Source of the DNA: Octopus vulgaris
Taxonomy: Eukaryota
Reading direction: 5' to 3'
NCBI GenBank assembly: GCA_951406725.2
Contig: OX597814.1
Span: 12,524,001-12,588,000, forward strand
Length of the DNA: 64,000 bases
Of this stretch, positions 40,178 through 55,413 are shown piece by piece (position 1 is the stretch's first letter; the number at the start of each line of letters is the position of its first letter). The notes beneath the pieces were generated by a model. The model searched no databases. It was not told where the DNA came from and saw only the letters and a program-made list of their open reading frames with translations. The position numbers and the translations under genes were made by a program.

Positions 40178-40755
40178 AAGTATTTCTTTGTCTCATAATT
40201 TGGATCATGTGCGTGTGTGTGTATGTATTTATGCGTGTGCTTGTGCGTGTATCATTTAATATACACAGGGTTTAATTACTAGCTACTGTTAGTTTCATAT
40301 CTCAGAAAATACCATGGTCGGCTCAGGTTATACAGCGTACCATGCTCTTCGAAGCAATCACACAGACTCAAAGTATCAAAGCATTTTGAGAAAAGGGATG
40401 AAAATGCTAAAAGAAATTTGTGGAGTGCGAAAAAGGAAAATACAAAACAGAAATATGGAGGTAAAGGTTTCTTAAAATCGGGAATATTATGATTAGTATA
40501 ATTAATTCTGCGCGGAAGGATTAACATTTGTTTGACTACATACTTAATTCGGAGGAGGAGGTGTTTTCAATTTCAATTATAGAAACTTGTCTAGATACTT
40601 ATATTTGGACTATTATCTGGATGCTGACATCTGGACATCTCATAAAATATCATTGATTGGGCCCCTTCTTAATGGTTTGGAACTCATAATTGCCAACTCT
40701 TCTTCACTAATAAACTTTACGTACTCCATCAGACTGTAATATTCATCAACACAAA

Positions 40756-41105
40756 GGTGGTGAGTTGGCAGAAACGTTCGCACGCATGGCGAAATGCCTG
40801 GGGTATTTCGTCTGCCGCTACATTCTGAGTTCAAATTCCGCCGAGGTCGACTTTGCCTTTCATCCTTTCGGGGTCGATGAAATAAGTACCAGTTACGCAC
40901 TGGGGTCGATATAATCGACTTAATCCGTTTGTCTGTCCTTGTTTGTCTCCTCTGTGTGGAGCCCCTTTATGTTCTGAGTTTAAATTCCACCGAGATCGAC
41001 TTTGCCTTTCATCCTTTCAGAGTTGATAAATTAAGGACCAGTTGCATACTGGGGCCAATCTAATCGACTGGCCCCTCCCCCCAAATTTCGGGCCTTATAC
41101 TAGAA
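40756..41105 (+). mobile_element. SINE type B composite with ~18-bp TSD
   Basis: aatattcatcaacacaaa at 40738 and 41109. Confidence 0.85.
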
Positions 41106-41434
41106 AACAATATTCATCAACACAAAAGATAATCTATGTTAGTGTTAGCCCAATATGCACGCCCTGTTCATGAAATATACGTATATGTATGCGTGTGTGT
41201 GAGTGTGTGTGCGCGCGCGTGTATGTATGCATGTATGTATGTATGTATGTATGTATGTATGTATGTATATATGTGTTAGTGTGTGTGTGTGCATTTTTAT
41301 GTCAACTTAATTATAAAAACATTAAACTAGAATTTACTGAATACTTTTTTATTGGAATACAAGTTTATAAAACTTTTACGAGACTGAGACAGACTTCGAA
41401 GTTTCAGTCTGCTTGCTATTGTACAGACACACAC

Positions 41435-41514
<80 letters not shown>

Positions 41515-41559
41515 TAATACATTTATGTATCATTTAATATACATAGTATTTAAATATGA

Positions 41560-41745
41560 GCTACTATTAGTTTCAAACCGTGCAAACATAATTCGGCAGG
41601 TTTATATAAAAGTGCCGCGTGTCTCCAAGTTGCTGAAAGATCGCACATTCTTTGTAGATTCAAGAATTTCACCTCACTACTTAATTCCAGATCCGAAATT
41701 GTAGCAAATGCAAGCACATGGAAAAATTTCATTTGTCGAACTGGA
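41560..41745 (+). pseudogene. Penelope-like endonuclease extreme C-terminal remnant
   Basis: LLNSRSEIV(frameshift)SKCKHMEKFHLSNW matches the 'LN.RSE....CRH..KF.L' ending. Confidence 0.6.
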
Positions 41746-44443
41746 AGACACTACGCTCTCCTGATTGAGCAGCCAACTAGCAAACTTTGACCACTTCGCC
41801 GGTGAATTATTCTACTTTAGAAAATTTATGACTTCGACAAACAAAGGGGACACAACTCTTGCTTTTATTTTTTTTATGTTTTTATACAACTTTTGTTTCT
41901 TTGTACTACTTTTGGGATCAATCTCGTTTTTTCTCGTGTTTCTCATTGACTAGCGTCCTCTTTTTCAAATAAGACCAACCAGGTGTATTGAGCCTGGAAG
42001 TTTGGAAACACAAGGCAATTTTATATAAACCTATTGAATTATTGTGTTTCCTTGGCATAAAACTATTGGTAGCTCATTTTTAAATACTATATATATTAAA
42101 TGATATTTATCGTTCAATGGATGGATTACATTCTTGTTGGTGCTACTTATAACGGAAGAGTAAACTATATATGTACATACATATACATAAATAAAGACAT
42201 GGCGACGCACACACCCATATACACACACACATATATAAAATCTCTGTGTGTGTGTGTATGTGTTCGTTGTCTTGGATATACAAAATTATAGCGGTGATGG
42301 CGACAGTCAATCTTTCAACGAAGCGAGAATTATTTCCTTTAGTCTTTACAAAATCCTTACGCTATCTGACAGTAGCAATTCCTGTCTGAATTGTCATCAT
42401 TTTCGGTGACCGGCTGGAATTTGACGTCAGAATATGTCGAATCAGCTGAGCAGCCAGGGTCTATAATATATTTAGTCTGAGCTGGAGATTCTGGTTCGTT
42501 GCATTGTTGTCTTTACACTTTATGAGTTTTTATGAACTGTTACCGTTTAGCTACAAATCAAAGCTGGTCGACCACAGATAGGAGTTGGCATTCTTGTTGA
42601 GATCATTCAGTTTTGCTGACTGAGCGCTTTTTGCCCATTTTAATCTAATTTTCCTGAGGTTAGATTGTGATTTGTAAGAGTTTGGGGTGTAATTTCTTGC
42701 AAGCAGATCTGTTATGTAGAGACTCACTTTATTTACAAGTGTCTACGCTAATAATATGAGCGTTAGTCACACAACCTTTTAATTTTCTCTTCTATTATTC
42801 TTTAACTCAGTGAACTTATAATGCCTATTTAGAAAATTAATTCTCTTATTGATTTTCGAAGACACGAAATAAAAGCAAAAGACAAAAACATGATAATTTT
42901 AGGATGTAAATGATTAATTACTATAGACAGTAAAGATTTTAGATGACCAATAATGGATTTCAATAGAAAGAAAATATAAAGATTTTATTCATTTGTTTTT
43001 ATTTAGCATATGAGAAACAGAACTCAACTTCTATTGGAGATAAACTTGGATTCGGGGTTATACTGTAATGATTCAGTTGTTAGTTTAACAAGGCTAAATT
43101 GTTTACCACAGCGATATGTTTCTAGTTTGCAGCATATTTTTACAGCTCCGAACTTGGTTTAAATAAGAGCACTCTTGACCGGGACCACAATACAAAATCA
43201 CTAAGTCAAACCACTGACGTTACAGCTGATTCTCTGTTAAATTAAATGATAATGATGATTATTATTAATAGAAATATTGAAATTACTAAGTCTCTCTAAA
43301 AGAGATGACGGCAGCGTTACTGGAAAATAATTGTTATCGCCATATTAATATGGCAGTCTTATAGATATAAGCCTAAAGCTGTCGCTGATTAGCTCCATGA
43401 GGCCATCGCCTTAAGTTAGCTATTTGTATTATTTCTACTATAGGCACATGACCTGAAATTTTGTTGGAAATGTGCTTGTAGATTACATAGACCCCAGTGC
43501 TCAACTGGTACTTATTTCATTGACCCCCGAATGGATGAAGAGCAAAGTCGACCATGGTGAAATTTGAACTCGCCCCTTTACATTAAAACGGAAATTTCAA
43601 CCTTGATCGCAATTACCTGATTATCCGGAAACTTCCTATCAACATGCTTTTTTTTTTTCGCTCCCGATTTTGCTTAGAAATTAGTCGAAATAAGTCGGTC
43701 ACATTCAATACTGAATACCGTCTGGAAGGCCATGATAACGACCATTATCATTCTTATTTATCCCTGACCTATTTCAACCAATTATCTTGGGATTCATTTT
43801 TTTAAAAGAACATATGTTCTCGTCTCCTTAAAGACGGATGGCTAAATCGACATTGACAGAACTGAAGCTCTAAATCGTCTACTTCAATGTCAACCTACTG
43901 ATAAAGTTACAGATAAAGTTAGCTGCGAAACGAGGAAGTCAGTGTGCCAAGGAACTCCTGCGTTTTGTTTGTTTTTACTTGAGACCCACTCACCGACCGA
44001 CCGACCCACTTGTCGTCTGTGTATTCTGTCAGTTCTTTCCGGTTTTTAGTCTCTTGTTCCCTTGGTAATTCCAGATCTGCATTAACTGGATTCTGCTTCC
44101 TACTGTAGTTATCACGAGCATTTCCCCGCCCATCCCTTCTTTTCCCATCTATCTTAATGTCACTCTCTGTGTCTCTTTAAATTCTCCTTCTAGCACATTT
44201 TGTGTATGTATTTATGTACATGTGTGAGTGTGTGAGTAAATGTGTGTGTTTGTGTGTACATACGCATATGTAGTTAGAAAAGGGGTTTGGCACGAAACTC
44301 TACATCATTAAGTAAACCCGAAAGTATTCTCAGACAGTAAAATAAAAATTCATGTTCTGCTTTAAATATTCAGTTTCCTTTATTCAGTATATATATATGT
44401 GTATGTCTGCGTGTGACACACACACACACACACGCACACGCAC

Positions 44444-44486
<43 letters not shown>

Positions 44487-44502
44487 CATATATATATATA
44501 TT

Positions 44503-45446
<944 letters not shown>

Positions 45447-45459
45447 CATATATATATAT

Positions 45460-45594
45460 ATTAGAAAGTTTGGAGAATATTATATAGTAGAAGAAATGAG
45501 GTATATATATATATATATATATGTATGTATATATACCTCATTTCTTCTACTATATAATATTCTCCAAACTTTCTAATATATATATATATGTATG

Positions 45595-45627
<33 letters not shown>

Positions 45628-45675
45628 ATATACCTCATTTCTTCTACTATATAATATTCTCCAAACTTTCTAATA
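45460..45675. repeat. ~45-bp unit in three copies (one inverted) embedded in (TA)n
   Basis: tattagaaagtttggagaatattatatagtagaagaaatgagg at ~45460 and its reverse complement at ~45535 and ~45632. Confidence 0.85.
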
Positions 45676-45714
45676 TATATATATATGTATGAATATATAT
45701 ATATATATGTATGA

Positions 45715-45746
<32 letters not shown>

Positions 45747-45776
45747 GTATGTATATATATATAGATGTATGTATAT

Positions 45777-45840
<64 letters not shown>

Positions 45841-45860
45841 GTATGTATATATATATGTAT

Positions 45861-45894
<34 letters not shown>

Positions 45895-46038
45895 GTATAT
45901 ATATATATGTATGTATATATATATATACATATATATGTATGTATATATATATATATGTATGTATATATATATATATATGTATGTATATATATATGTATGT
46001 ATATATATATATATGTATGTATATATATATGTATGTAT

Positions 46039-46072
<34 letters not shown>

Positions 46073-46092
46073 GTATGTTTATATAGGTATGC

Positions 46093-46139
<47 letters not shown>

Positions 46140-46595
46140 TGTATGTATGTATGTATATATATATATATGTGTGTGTGTGTGTATACAGACGCGCTCACAA
46201 ATCATACAGAAACACGCCGAATGATGTGCCCTTTTTTTCTTTGGAGATACATGTAGTGGGCTCGGACTTTATTGTTATAAGTGGTCGCTTTGGGAACACT
46301 GCATTTTTATATAGTTTCTTAGCTTTACGTCGATACAGAAATTTACCTATTTTCATAGCATTGTTTCATTAGATTTTCTTTGTTAATATAAACTAAACAA
46401 CTTATTGATGTTAATGAAAGAATTTCTTCTTCATTTTGATATCGTTTCATTGACGTAGCAAATCTCATCTCTCATTCCTTTTAAAATTTAGCGACTTTCA
46501 TTGTTCATATGTTTTCGTCGGTCTCGATTGATTGTTCGAAGTTCTTCCGAATCTGCCTAAAAGTTTCACGCACATCAACAATATCATCCTCCTCA

Positions 46596-46618
46596 ACTAC
46601 TACTACTACTACTACTAT

Positions 46619-46682
<64 letters not shown>

Positions 46683-46764
46683 GCTGCTGCTGCTACTTCT
46701 ACTACTACTACTACTACTACTGCTACTACTACCACCACCACTACTACTACTGCTGCTGCTGCTG

Positions 46765-46810
<46 letters not shown>

Positions 46811-46847
46811 TACTACTACTACCACCACCACCACCACCACCACCACC

Positions 46848-46915
<68 letters not shown>
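46596..46915. repeat. (ACT)n/(ACC)n/(GCT)n compound microsatellite
   Basis: Direct inspection. Confidence 0.95.
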
Positions 46916-46917
<2 letters not shown>

Positions 46918-47404
46918 TTATCTTTCTACCTCTAGTTTCACCATAGACTTCGAGATTCTCTGGTTATATCCCTGTCTCTGTTTCAAACATACTAAGCAAT
47001 GTCTTATTAACCTTTGCGGAATTGTCTTTATTAATGCAAGCTTTTTCATTTCTGAAAAATACCTTGAAATGAGGTATGAATGCCATCCATCTCATTAACC
47101 CGTTTCAAATGTTTCAAACAAAATACAATTTAATACATATGTATTAGGTGTGTGTGTGTCTGCGTGTATTTGTATGTGTGTATATCATGTTTCTTTATAA
47201 ACTTCTAACTAGCTTAAAATTTTCGGAAATTCTGCGACTATTACCAACTGAAATGATTGCACGTGTGTTGAAAGACTAATGCATATTGCAAAGGCTTTAA
47301 ATTAACTGAAATATGCACGGCTGATCTTCATTCCACTTCTCCAGTAAACGAAGTATATTAGTTACTTTACTGAACGATAGATCTGGAAAAACATATGCTA
47401 CCTA

Positions 47405-47819
47405 GGCGCAGAAGTGGCTGTGTGGTAAGTAGCTTCCTAACCAACCACATGGTTCCGGGTTCAGTCCCACTGCGTGGCATCTTGGGCAAGTGTCTTCTGC
47501 TATAGACCCGGGCCGACCAAACCCTTGTGAGTGGATTTGGTAGACGGAAACTGAAAAGAAGCCTGTCGTATATATGTATATATATATATATGTGTGTGTG
47601 TATGTGTTTGTGTGTCTGTGTTTGTCTCCCTAGCGTTGCTTGACAACAGATGCTGGTGTGTTTACGTCCCCGTCACATAGCGGTTCGGCAAAAGAGACCG
47701 ATAGAATAAGTACTGGGCTTACAAAGAATTTGTCCCGGGGTCGATTTGCTCGACTAAAGGCAGTGCTCCAGCATGGCCGCAGTCAAATGACACAAAACAA
47801 GTTAAAGAGTAAAAGAGTA
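47405..47819 (+). mobile_element. SINE type A
   Basis: Highly similar to 9636-10098. Confidence 0.9.
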
Positions 47820-48361
47820 CCTATATATATAGGCAAATGCACACATACACACACACTTACACACACACACACTTACACACAAACACATTTGGTTTTGCAT
47901 TTAGTTTGCGAGATTCTTTATGTGAATTCGTGTGTTGAAGCAGATTGTGCTGTGTCTGGGGAGAGTCATTCTGTTTTAAATGCCTTATTAAATAACACAC
48001 TCACAAGTTCAAGTTCAATTTTCACTCATTTACTTATTTATTTAATTTTATTTTCTAAAATTTTCGTTGCTTCTTGCAAACTCTTCAATTGTTGTTGACT
48101 CTGTCTGTTATGGGAGTTGCGTTCTTTGTTTGTGTTTGTTTGTCTACATGTGTGTGTGTTTGTGTACATGTGTATACACATATGTATGTATGCCAATATT
48201 CAGTTTTATTTCAAATTTTTTTGCCAATAGAGAAAGAGCCGGTTTCCTACATAGATTCAAGGCCCCTTTATTGGAATTTCAACATCAACAACGGTATTTT
48301 TGTTTGTATGCATGTATGTATGCATGTATGTATGTATGTATGTATGTATGTAAGTATGTAT

Positions 48362-48507
48362 ACCGGTAAAGGTATTAGTTGCCAATCCTGTACAAGACAT
48401 TGTAGATCTTTAGCTGGGCTAAAAAGTCACATTCGATCACACCACCAGTAACAGTTAAGCTTCGTGCAATGGCCATACTCGATAACGAGGGAGCAGCCAT
48501 AATAATG
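48362..48507 (+). mobile_element. RTE/BovB-like LINE 3' end
   Basis: C-terminal C2H2 motif SCQSCTRHCRSLAGLKSHIRSH* followed by a short tail with a ctcg-ataa-cgag hairpin. Confidence 0.65.
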
Positions 48508-48589
48508 TATGTATGCATGCATGTATGTATGTATGTATGTATGTATGTATGTATGTATGTATGTATGTATGTATGTATGTATGTATGTT

Positions 48590-49210
48590 TTGCTTTATTT
48601 ATGTATTCTCATGCGTATAGTTTCATATCTAGGCATGCTCATATATATTTCATTGATAAACTTCTGGAAAGTTTTACAAATTTTTATAGTTCCTATTATA
48701 GATTGGATCTGTGGTCTTCGAATTAGCTTTCTCCTTTCTGGTTTTGAGAAGCCTAATTTCTCAAGATTGGTATTTAGGCAGTGTGTTACATATCCCAGGG
48801 CCCCAATAATCACAAGTATAAACCTGAACTTAAAATAGGGATAAAGTAACTGCGGATTTCTCAATAGTTCAGCGTAGGTGTTCTCCTTTTTCCTTGATCT
48901 TAAGCTTTATATTAACATCCGCTGAGCAGCTAATTTCCGTAACTGTGCACAGTTTCTCTTCTCTTACCAAATCATTATATCAGGTCTGTTGTGCTTACAT
49001 TTTATTGAGGTCTTCACTGGGATATTCTACTAGAACTCCCCGTTATTATGAGTAACTATATGGCTTCTACCATACTGTGGGTTGTTATTTCTTTATCCTC
49101 GGGGGTTATCCTTCCGAGGGATTTCATTATAGAGTGTCCTAGCTAAAACATAATGTCTCATCGGATGATGAGACATGATGACATTTCCAGACAGCTGCTT
49201 ATGATGTAGG
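48590..49210 (-). mobile_element. R4-like LINE 3' portion flanked by (TATG)n
   Basis: PMRHYVLARTLYNEI ... RNPQLLYP.FKF.FI.VIIGALGYV..CL..NLEKLGFS..E...LIR..QIQSI.GTIKICKTF, homologous to 19845-20358. Confidence 0.8.
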
Positions 49211-49671
49211 TGATATGTGTATGTATGTATGTATGTATGTATGTATGTATGTATGTATGTATGTATGTATGTATGTATGTATATGCATGCGTGTACGTTT
49301 GTATATATGTATTCTATATATTCATGTGTTTGCGTGTTCATGGTTGTGTGATGTATGCGTATGTGTGTGTTTGCATTCATGTGTGTACCTTTGTTTCCTT
49401 GTGAGTGCGTGTTTGAGTGTGTATATGTGTATGTGTTAGTGTGATTATTTATGTTCATCCGTTATAAATGGACGTCTGTATATGGTCATGTGTTTCCTCT
49501 CCTTCTGTGTACGTATATGTGTGTGCTTCTCTGTCCGTATTACTATGGACCCATCTACTTATCTATCTGTTTACCTATATATCCATTTACCTACCTACCT
49601 ACCTACCTACCTACCTACCTACCTATACATACATGCATACATACATACATACATACATACATACATGCATG

Positions 49672-49742
<71 letters not shown>

Positions 49743-49869
49743 GAGAGATTTAGAAATTTAGTATTTATATATATATATATACGCCTACATAATATCCTAC
49801 TAACAAAATCTAACGGTGTATATATAAAATGTAGGTATTGGGATATCGTTACTTTCTACGCGTACCTCT

Positions 49870-50095
49870 TCTTTAGTATGGGGATATTTCTATTATGAGA
49901 ACGTATTTGTTTGACTGTTGGGTCCTTCGGGTGCTTGGATAAAATGCGATTGTCAAGTCGACCCAGTGTGCCACCATGTTGGTCTTTGGCATGCTGGTAG
50001 AGTATGGAGGACTGTTTTTTGTCGTCATATTGTCTGAAATGTTTATTTAATCTCTTTGCAATGCTTCTAGATCTTTCAGCAATGTATGTCATTGT
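49870..50095 (-). pseudogene. Penelope-like GIY-YIG endonuclease remnant
   Basis: YIAERSRSI.KRL.KH...Y..K..SSILYQH....HGG......IL.KH.KDP..KQI resembles YIGETSR...R..EH...S...H...H..RQI. Confidence 0.65.
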
Positions 50096-50180
50096 CTTTT
50101 TATATTTACTACGGATTGCTTGAAGCTAACATTCTTCCTACAAATTGACCTCCAGATCTTATAGTCATATATATACATAT

Positions 50181-50221
<41 letters not shown>

Positions 50222-50226
<5 letters not shown>

Positions 50227-50494
50227 GCAGCGTGGAAGGTGTTTGTAAGCCATTTAAGAAACACACAAAAGCCGTTCGATTCACTTCAACATTTAAGTTT
50301 AATTTGTCAAAATATTTTCGTCGCTGTGAGACCGCGACCTGTTCACTGACAAAAATCCGTGCTGCACGGATGCAGAAGTGAATTGAACGGCTTTTGTGTG
50401 TTTCTTAAATGGCTTACAAACACTTTCCACGCTGCAATTGTTTTCGCTCCAGCACACGATCTCAGATCAAATCACTTGCTATGCAAGTACACCT

Positions 50495-50497
<3 letters not shown>
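50222..50497. mobile_element. Second copy of the G3-C8 hammerhead fold-back family, in (TA)n
   Basis: Matches 5998-6344; motif intact at 50303-50353 (-); shorter right arm. Confidence 0.85.
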
Positions 50498-50590
<93 letters not shown>

Positions 50591-50593
<3 letters not shown>

Positions 50594-50983
50594 CAAAAAG
50601 TTGCTTCACCACATACCGAAAATTTAGAAATAGCAGTCAAAAATACTAATTCTTCTACTACAAATTGCAGTCTATATGAATTCGAAAATGCTGTTTATCT
50701 TATGTTATGTTCGATGTCGCTTGATCGAACGTGCATGAATTATGTTAGCACTTTCAAATTTATAATCTCGAATATCATGCTGACGAAGGAAATGAATGTT
50801 ACAATTCTAATCCCGAAACGCGTACATGATTAACGAAGGCTGGTTGGTTTCGTTATTTTTTTTCTTCTCTTTGCCTTTGTGAGTTACGAGTATTGTCTGT
50901 AGAGATATATTGAAGTAGAAGAATTAGTAGTTTTGATTGCTATTTCTAATTTTTCGGTATGTAGTGAAGCAACGTTTTGCTAA
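50591..50983 (+). mobile_element. Fold-back element with a canonical hammerhead in the spacer
   Basis: Inverted arms ~50591-50662 and ~50911-50983, adjacent to (TA)n. Confidence 0.75.
50774..50830 (+). ncRNA. Minimal type-I hammerhead ribozyme motif, canonical core
   Basis: ATCATG [CTGACGA] (imperfect stem II ending TCCC) [GAAA] CGCG [TA] CATGAT: 6-bp stem I, palindromic ACGCGT, GUA cleavage triplet. Confidence 0.8.
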
Positions 50984-51115
50984 TCCCTTAATTATGTTTA
51001 TAATTATTAAAAAAAACTTTTTGGATAGGTTTTTACCGATAATGGTTTTTTTCCATACCGAAGCTATCTGGTAAAATTTATTAATTATTAAATTAATAAT
51101 TCTTTTACCTATATG

Positions 51116-51181
<66 letters not shown>

Positions 51182-51188
51182 ATATATG

Positions 51189-51256
<68 letters not shown>

Positions 51257-51574
51257 TGTATGTATGTATGTATGTATATATATGTATGTATGTATATATA
51301 GTTAAAAAAGTAAATATAGTTGAAAAAGGCACAAAAGTATATTTCAGAGAATGTTTAATATTCTTGTTGCAGTGAGTGGTTTAAAATATTACAGGTTTTG
51401 ATGTATCCATCTCATAAAGTATTAAAGAGAATCTTTTAGGAGACACACAAAGAGGAACAAAAAGGGGATTAACAGTTTGTACTCATGTTTTAGAGTAAAG
51501 TGAAATTTTGCTTTAGAGTCACTCGCTTATATAAGTTTTGTCGATGTAGGTTTGGGGTGGAGTTCAAGTTTCAG

Positions 51575-51606
<32 letters not shown>

Positions 51607-53798
51607 TACTACATTTAAAATTAAAAAAAAAGTTTCATACAAGATAATTTATGGATTATGTAATGTATAAATGTTGTGTATAAAAGAGATGATATCTTCG
51701 ATTTTCTCCGATAATTAAGCATTGCAACACCATGTACAATTTTACCTTTTTTGGAGTTAGTTACTCTATATTCATTTAAGAAACAAGAAGCAAACCTAAT
51801 ACGATATGTTCCCTATTGTTTTACTTCCTTGACTACGTGAGAAAGTATCAGCTTGAGGCATCAGAACATAGTGATATTTATTCAATATATTGGAAAATTA
51901 TCACAGACCGCTTTTTTTTTTTTACCTTCAAATGTTATATGCAATCGATCAACACCAAGTTCTATCGAGAAACTCAAAATATTTATGTTTTCTAAAAGTA
52001 GAATATTGCTTTCGTTTGTTCAGCTTTCCATGTTTAAATCTATTTCCTAAACAAGATTCAACGTGTGATATATGTATATTGAAGAGACAATTTTCTACAG
52101 TGCACAACTGTGAAATCATTTTAAACGTTAAACTTAATAACCAGTTGATAAATTCTGGGATTTTTGTTTACAATTTCCAGCTGCTGCTATTTCGCACAAA
52201 TACTCAGCTGAAAAACTAAAATTAATATTTTCATACTTGTTCTCGTTTAAGAATTTTCTCAATGTTGACAGCGAGTGTAACGTTTATTATTTACACAGAT
52301 GGCAAAACATATTTACCAAACTCATTAGACCTGTTATTACCATATGTGTAATTTGCCGTATCGATAAACATGATTGATGCAACCACTTCTTTCTCTGTTG
52401 AGATTTTATCTTCTTATCTTGAATATATATTCTTCAAGCTATTCTGATAGGTTGCTATAATATTTTCATATGTTCGAAGATTCCTTAAGTGCATCGCTGG
52501 ATAAAACCTAGTTTCTTTGCCATCTATGCCTGTTCTAGACAGTAGTTCTTCCATACTGGTCTCCCGGTTCAAACTCGACTCTTTTTCTTTTATCTACCTC
52601 TCTTCGTGCTTTAACTTTCTATAAATCACTCATAAATATATATTCAAACATTTAACTATGTGCCATATAAAGGCCAGAAAGTAACACTGAGGTTTATCTG
52701 AGGGCCAATAAGGTCCATTGCTGTGTACATAAAATAAACTTTGACTATAAGAAACCACTGTATATATGTAATTTACTCGTATTCTTCTTGGACGAAGCTA
52801 TTTGTATAGATAGGTTTCAGGATTAGAATCACCTGCCTTTTCCCAAATGAACATTTTCGATACCAATAAGTATTATTCTATAGTCACAATACTTTGAATT
52901 ACTTAAAGATTAAAAACATCGTAGACAGCACCCCCACCCCACCCACAAAAAAGGGGTCAACGGATTGATTTGTATAAATTCACTCACACTTACTACCCAG
53001 TCACTGGAGTGCGCTGCCGCTTCTCTCCTTCAACTGATACAGTTCGATCCGGTCCTTGGAGCTGGCTGAGTTTATGACGCCTAAAAATAATCATTTGTGT
53101 CCAACTTCACATAGCCTCACACTAATCACTGCGCTTGGGCCTTCTTTCTTTGAATGCTGGCTCTTTGCAATTCCCTTACTATCCATGTCTTTCCTGAATA
53201 CGTTGACTGGTAAAGACTGAAAACAAACATTCATGGCACTAAACTCACTAGGGTAAGAACATCTTCAAAGGCCAGAGGAGCTGCTTCTTACTTTAGACTC
53301 AGCAATTGAAAAGAAGAGAAAAAAGAGGGTAATACTAGTTGATAATTATTTTAATTTATTCGATCACTGATCATCAGCTTCCATAACTTAAACTATAAAA
53401 TGATGTCCTTTCACTATTTGGTTCAAAGCTAAATCTTTATTCAAATTTTATTTAAATAGAATGTTTATTCACAGAATAATTATATTACACAGTTAAAATA
53501 TAAGATAAAATACACCGGAATACGAAATTCAATAGTCTTTTCATCGAAACAGTAAGAATAACTTGAATACATTTGACCTTTGATATCGATTGTTTGTAAA
53601 ACTGACCTACAGACTACTGGAATTTCAATACACTGTAAAAAGGGCCTGAGTCGTTGTATTTCTATCAATTATTAATTCAATTGAATGTTCCTTTTGTATT
53701 CATTTGACTAATTATTTAGTTGAAAATTTGAAAACTGTTCTGTAATTTAACGAACTGTGCTATTATCTTGGCTACAAATAAGTGTAATACATACATAC

Positions 53799-53829
<31 letters not shown>

Positions 53830-54265
53830 CATACATACATACGTACATACATACATACATACATACATACATACATACATACATACATACATACACACTT
53901 ACTTATATATAACAAAATTGTTTACAGAAGATAATGCAGACTATTTATATACTTTAAAATAAATAGGAAGCTAACTAAAATGATTTATTGAAAATGGAAT
54001 CTAAAAGCGGATTTAAAATATATGATCACGTAATTACAAAATATAAATGCGAATGTATATCGAATACAGGAAGCATCGAAACAAAATGTACACGATGTCT
54101 ATATGAAAATATACACGCGCATATATAGACGAACGTATATTACATAAAATCAATTTTGTCATGTTTTAAGTCTAAAAATAATTTTAAAAAATGTTCGCAT
54201 TAAAGTATCAACCAAATAAATTTTAGTGAATATTCAAAAATATTAGTTATGAAACAATATAGTAA

Positions 54266-54527
54266 AAATAAATAAATGCGCCCTTTTAAAGCCTAGCCAG
54301 GCTCATGGGCCCGGTTTTCCGGTTTCTATGGCGTATGTGTTCCCCAGCTGGACGGGACGCCAGTCCATCGCAGCGTTACTAATTTTTGCGAGCTGAGTGG
54401 ACTGGAGCAACGGCGTGAAATGAACTGGTTTGCTCAAGAACACAGCGCGTCGCCCGGTCCAGGAATCGAAATCACAATCTTACGATCATGGTGCTAACAC
54501 CCAAGCCACTAAGCCACGCGCCTCCAC
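54266..54527 (-). mobile_element. tRNA-derived SINE with TSD (gaaacaatat)
   Basis: Box A and box B head; body like 30980; tail matches 29665-29770. Confidence 0.85.
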
Positions 54528-55413
54528 ACGAAACAATATGATTTGATAAAAAGATAAGTTGTAATAGAAAAAAGAAAAACAATGAAAAGCGGAAATGGAA
54601 TCAACAAGCTGAATAGAGGAATATTAGTGGGGAGAAAAGAAAATTTGGGGAACTCATTAACAGCTCTAACTCTAATGTGACTCATGATAGCCTGATCTTT
54701 GAGGACAATTGAATTTTGTTAAGTTTCCTCTATTTACTTCTACTAACCTTGAGTAAAATATTTATTTGGCAGCGTCAGAATATATACATACCAGTCTTCT
54801 GTTTATTTATGTTTTGCTGAGAAAAAAAACCTACGATCCTCACATGTTTCAAATATAGAAGTTCAAATGTACAGTTCAGCTTAAAGAATAGGATTTAGTG
54901 TGAGAATGGCTGACCCAATCGAGAGACAATATACTATTGTTACTAACGAATAGATCACCAGTTCATAACTGAAGATTTGGAACTGGATTGGATTACGTGT
55001 TTTAAATATACTAAGCTAAAGAGGTTATCCTTACATTTAATACTTGTTGATGAAATCCCAACAAAGGATTGAATCTTTCCTAGCTCTCCCAACTGTCTCT
55101 GTTTCCATGAATTTGAGTCTTAAATAATGTGTTTGTATCTCTCTATAAATACAGCGCCAGTTAAAAATTATGCAGTCATATGTTATAACATGGTTTAGTA
55201 TGATCATTTATATACTTTCTATCATATTTATTCAACATTGATACATAATTTTCGATTTTGTAAAGTCTGTTTACTTTTATTTGTAGACGTGTAAAATGAT
55301 TTCAAGTAATTTTGTTACCTTTTTAATACTTCGATGTTATAGGATTCATAGTTCTTTTTTCTTTTCAAATGTAACTCCAGTGATTAAAACACATTCAATA
55401 TACGTGTGGTATA

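Noticed and set aside
42300-42760. Possible Tc1-like N-terminus on the minus strand (MGKKRSVS...)
   Set aside because: Too degenerate to support by eye; no TIR pair identified.
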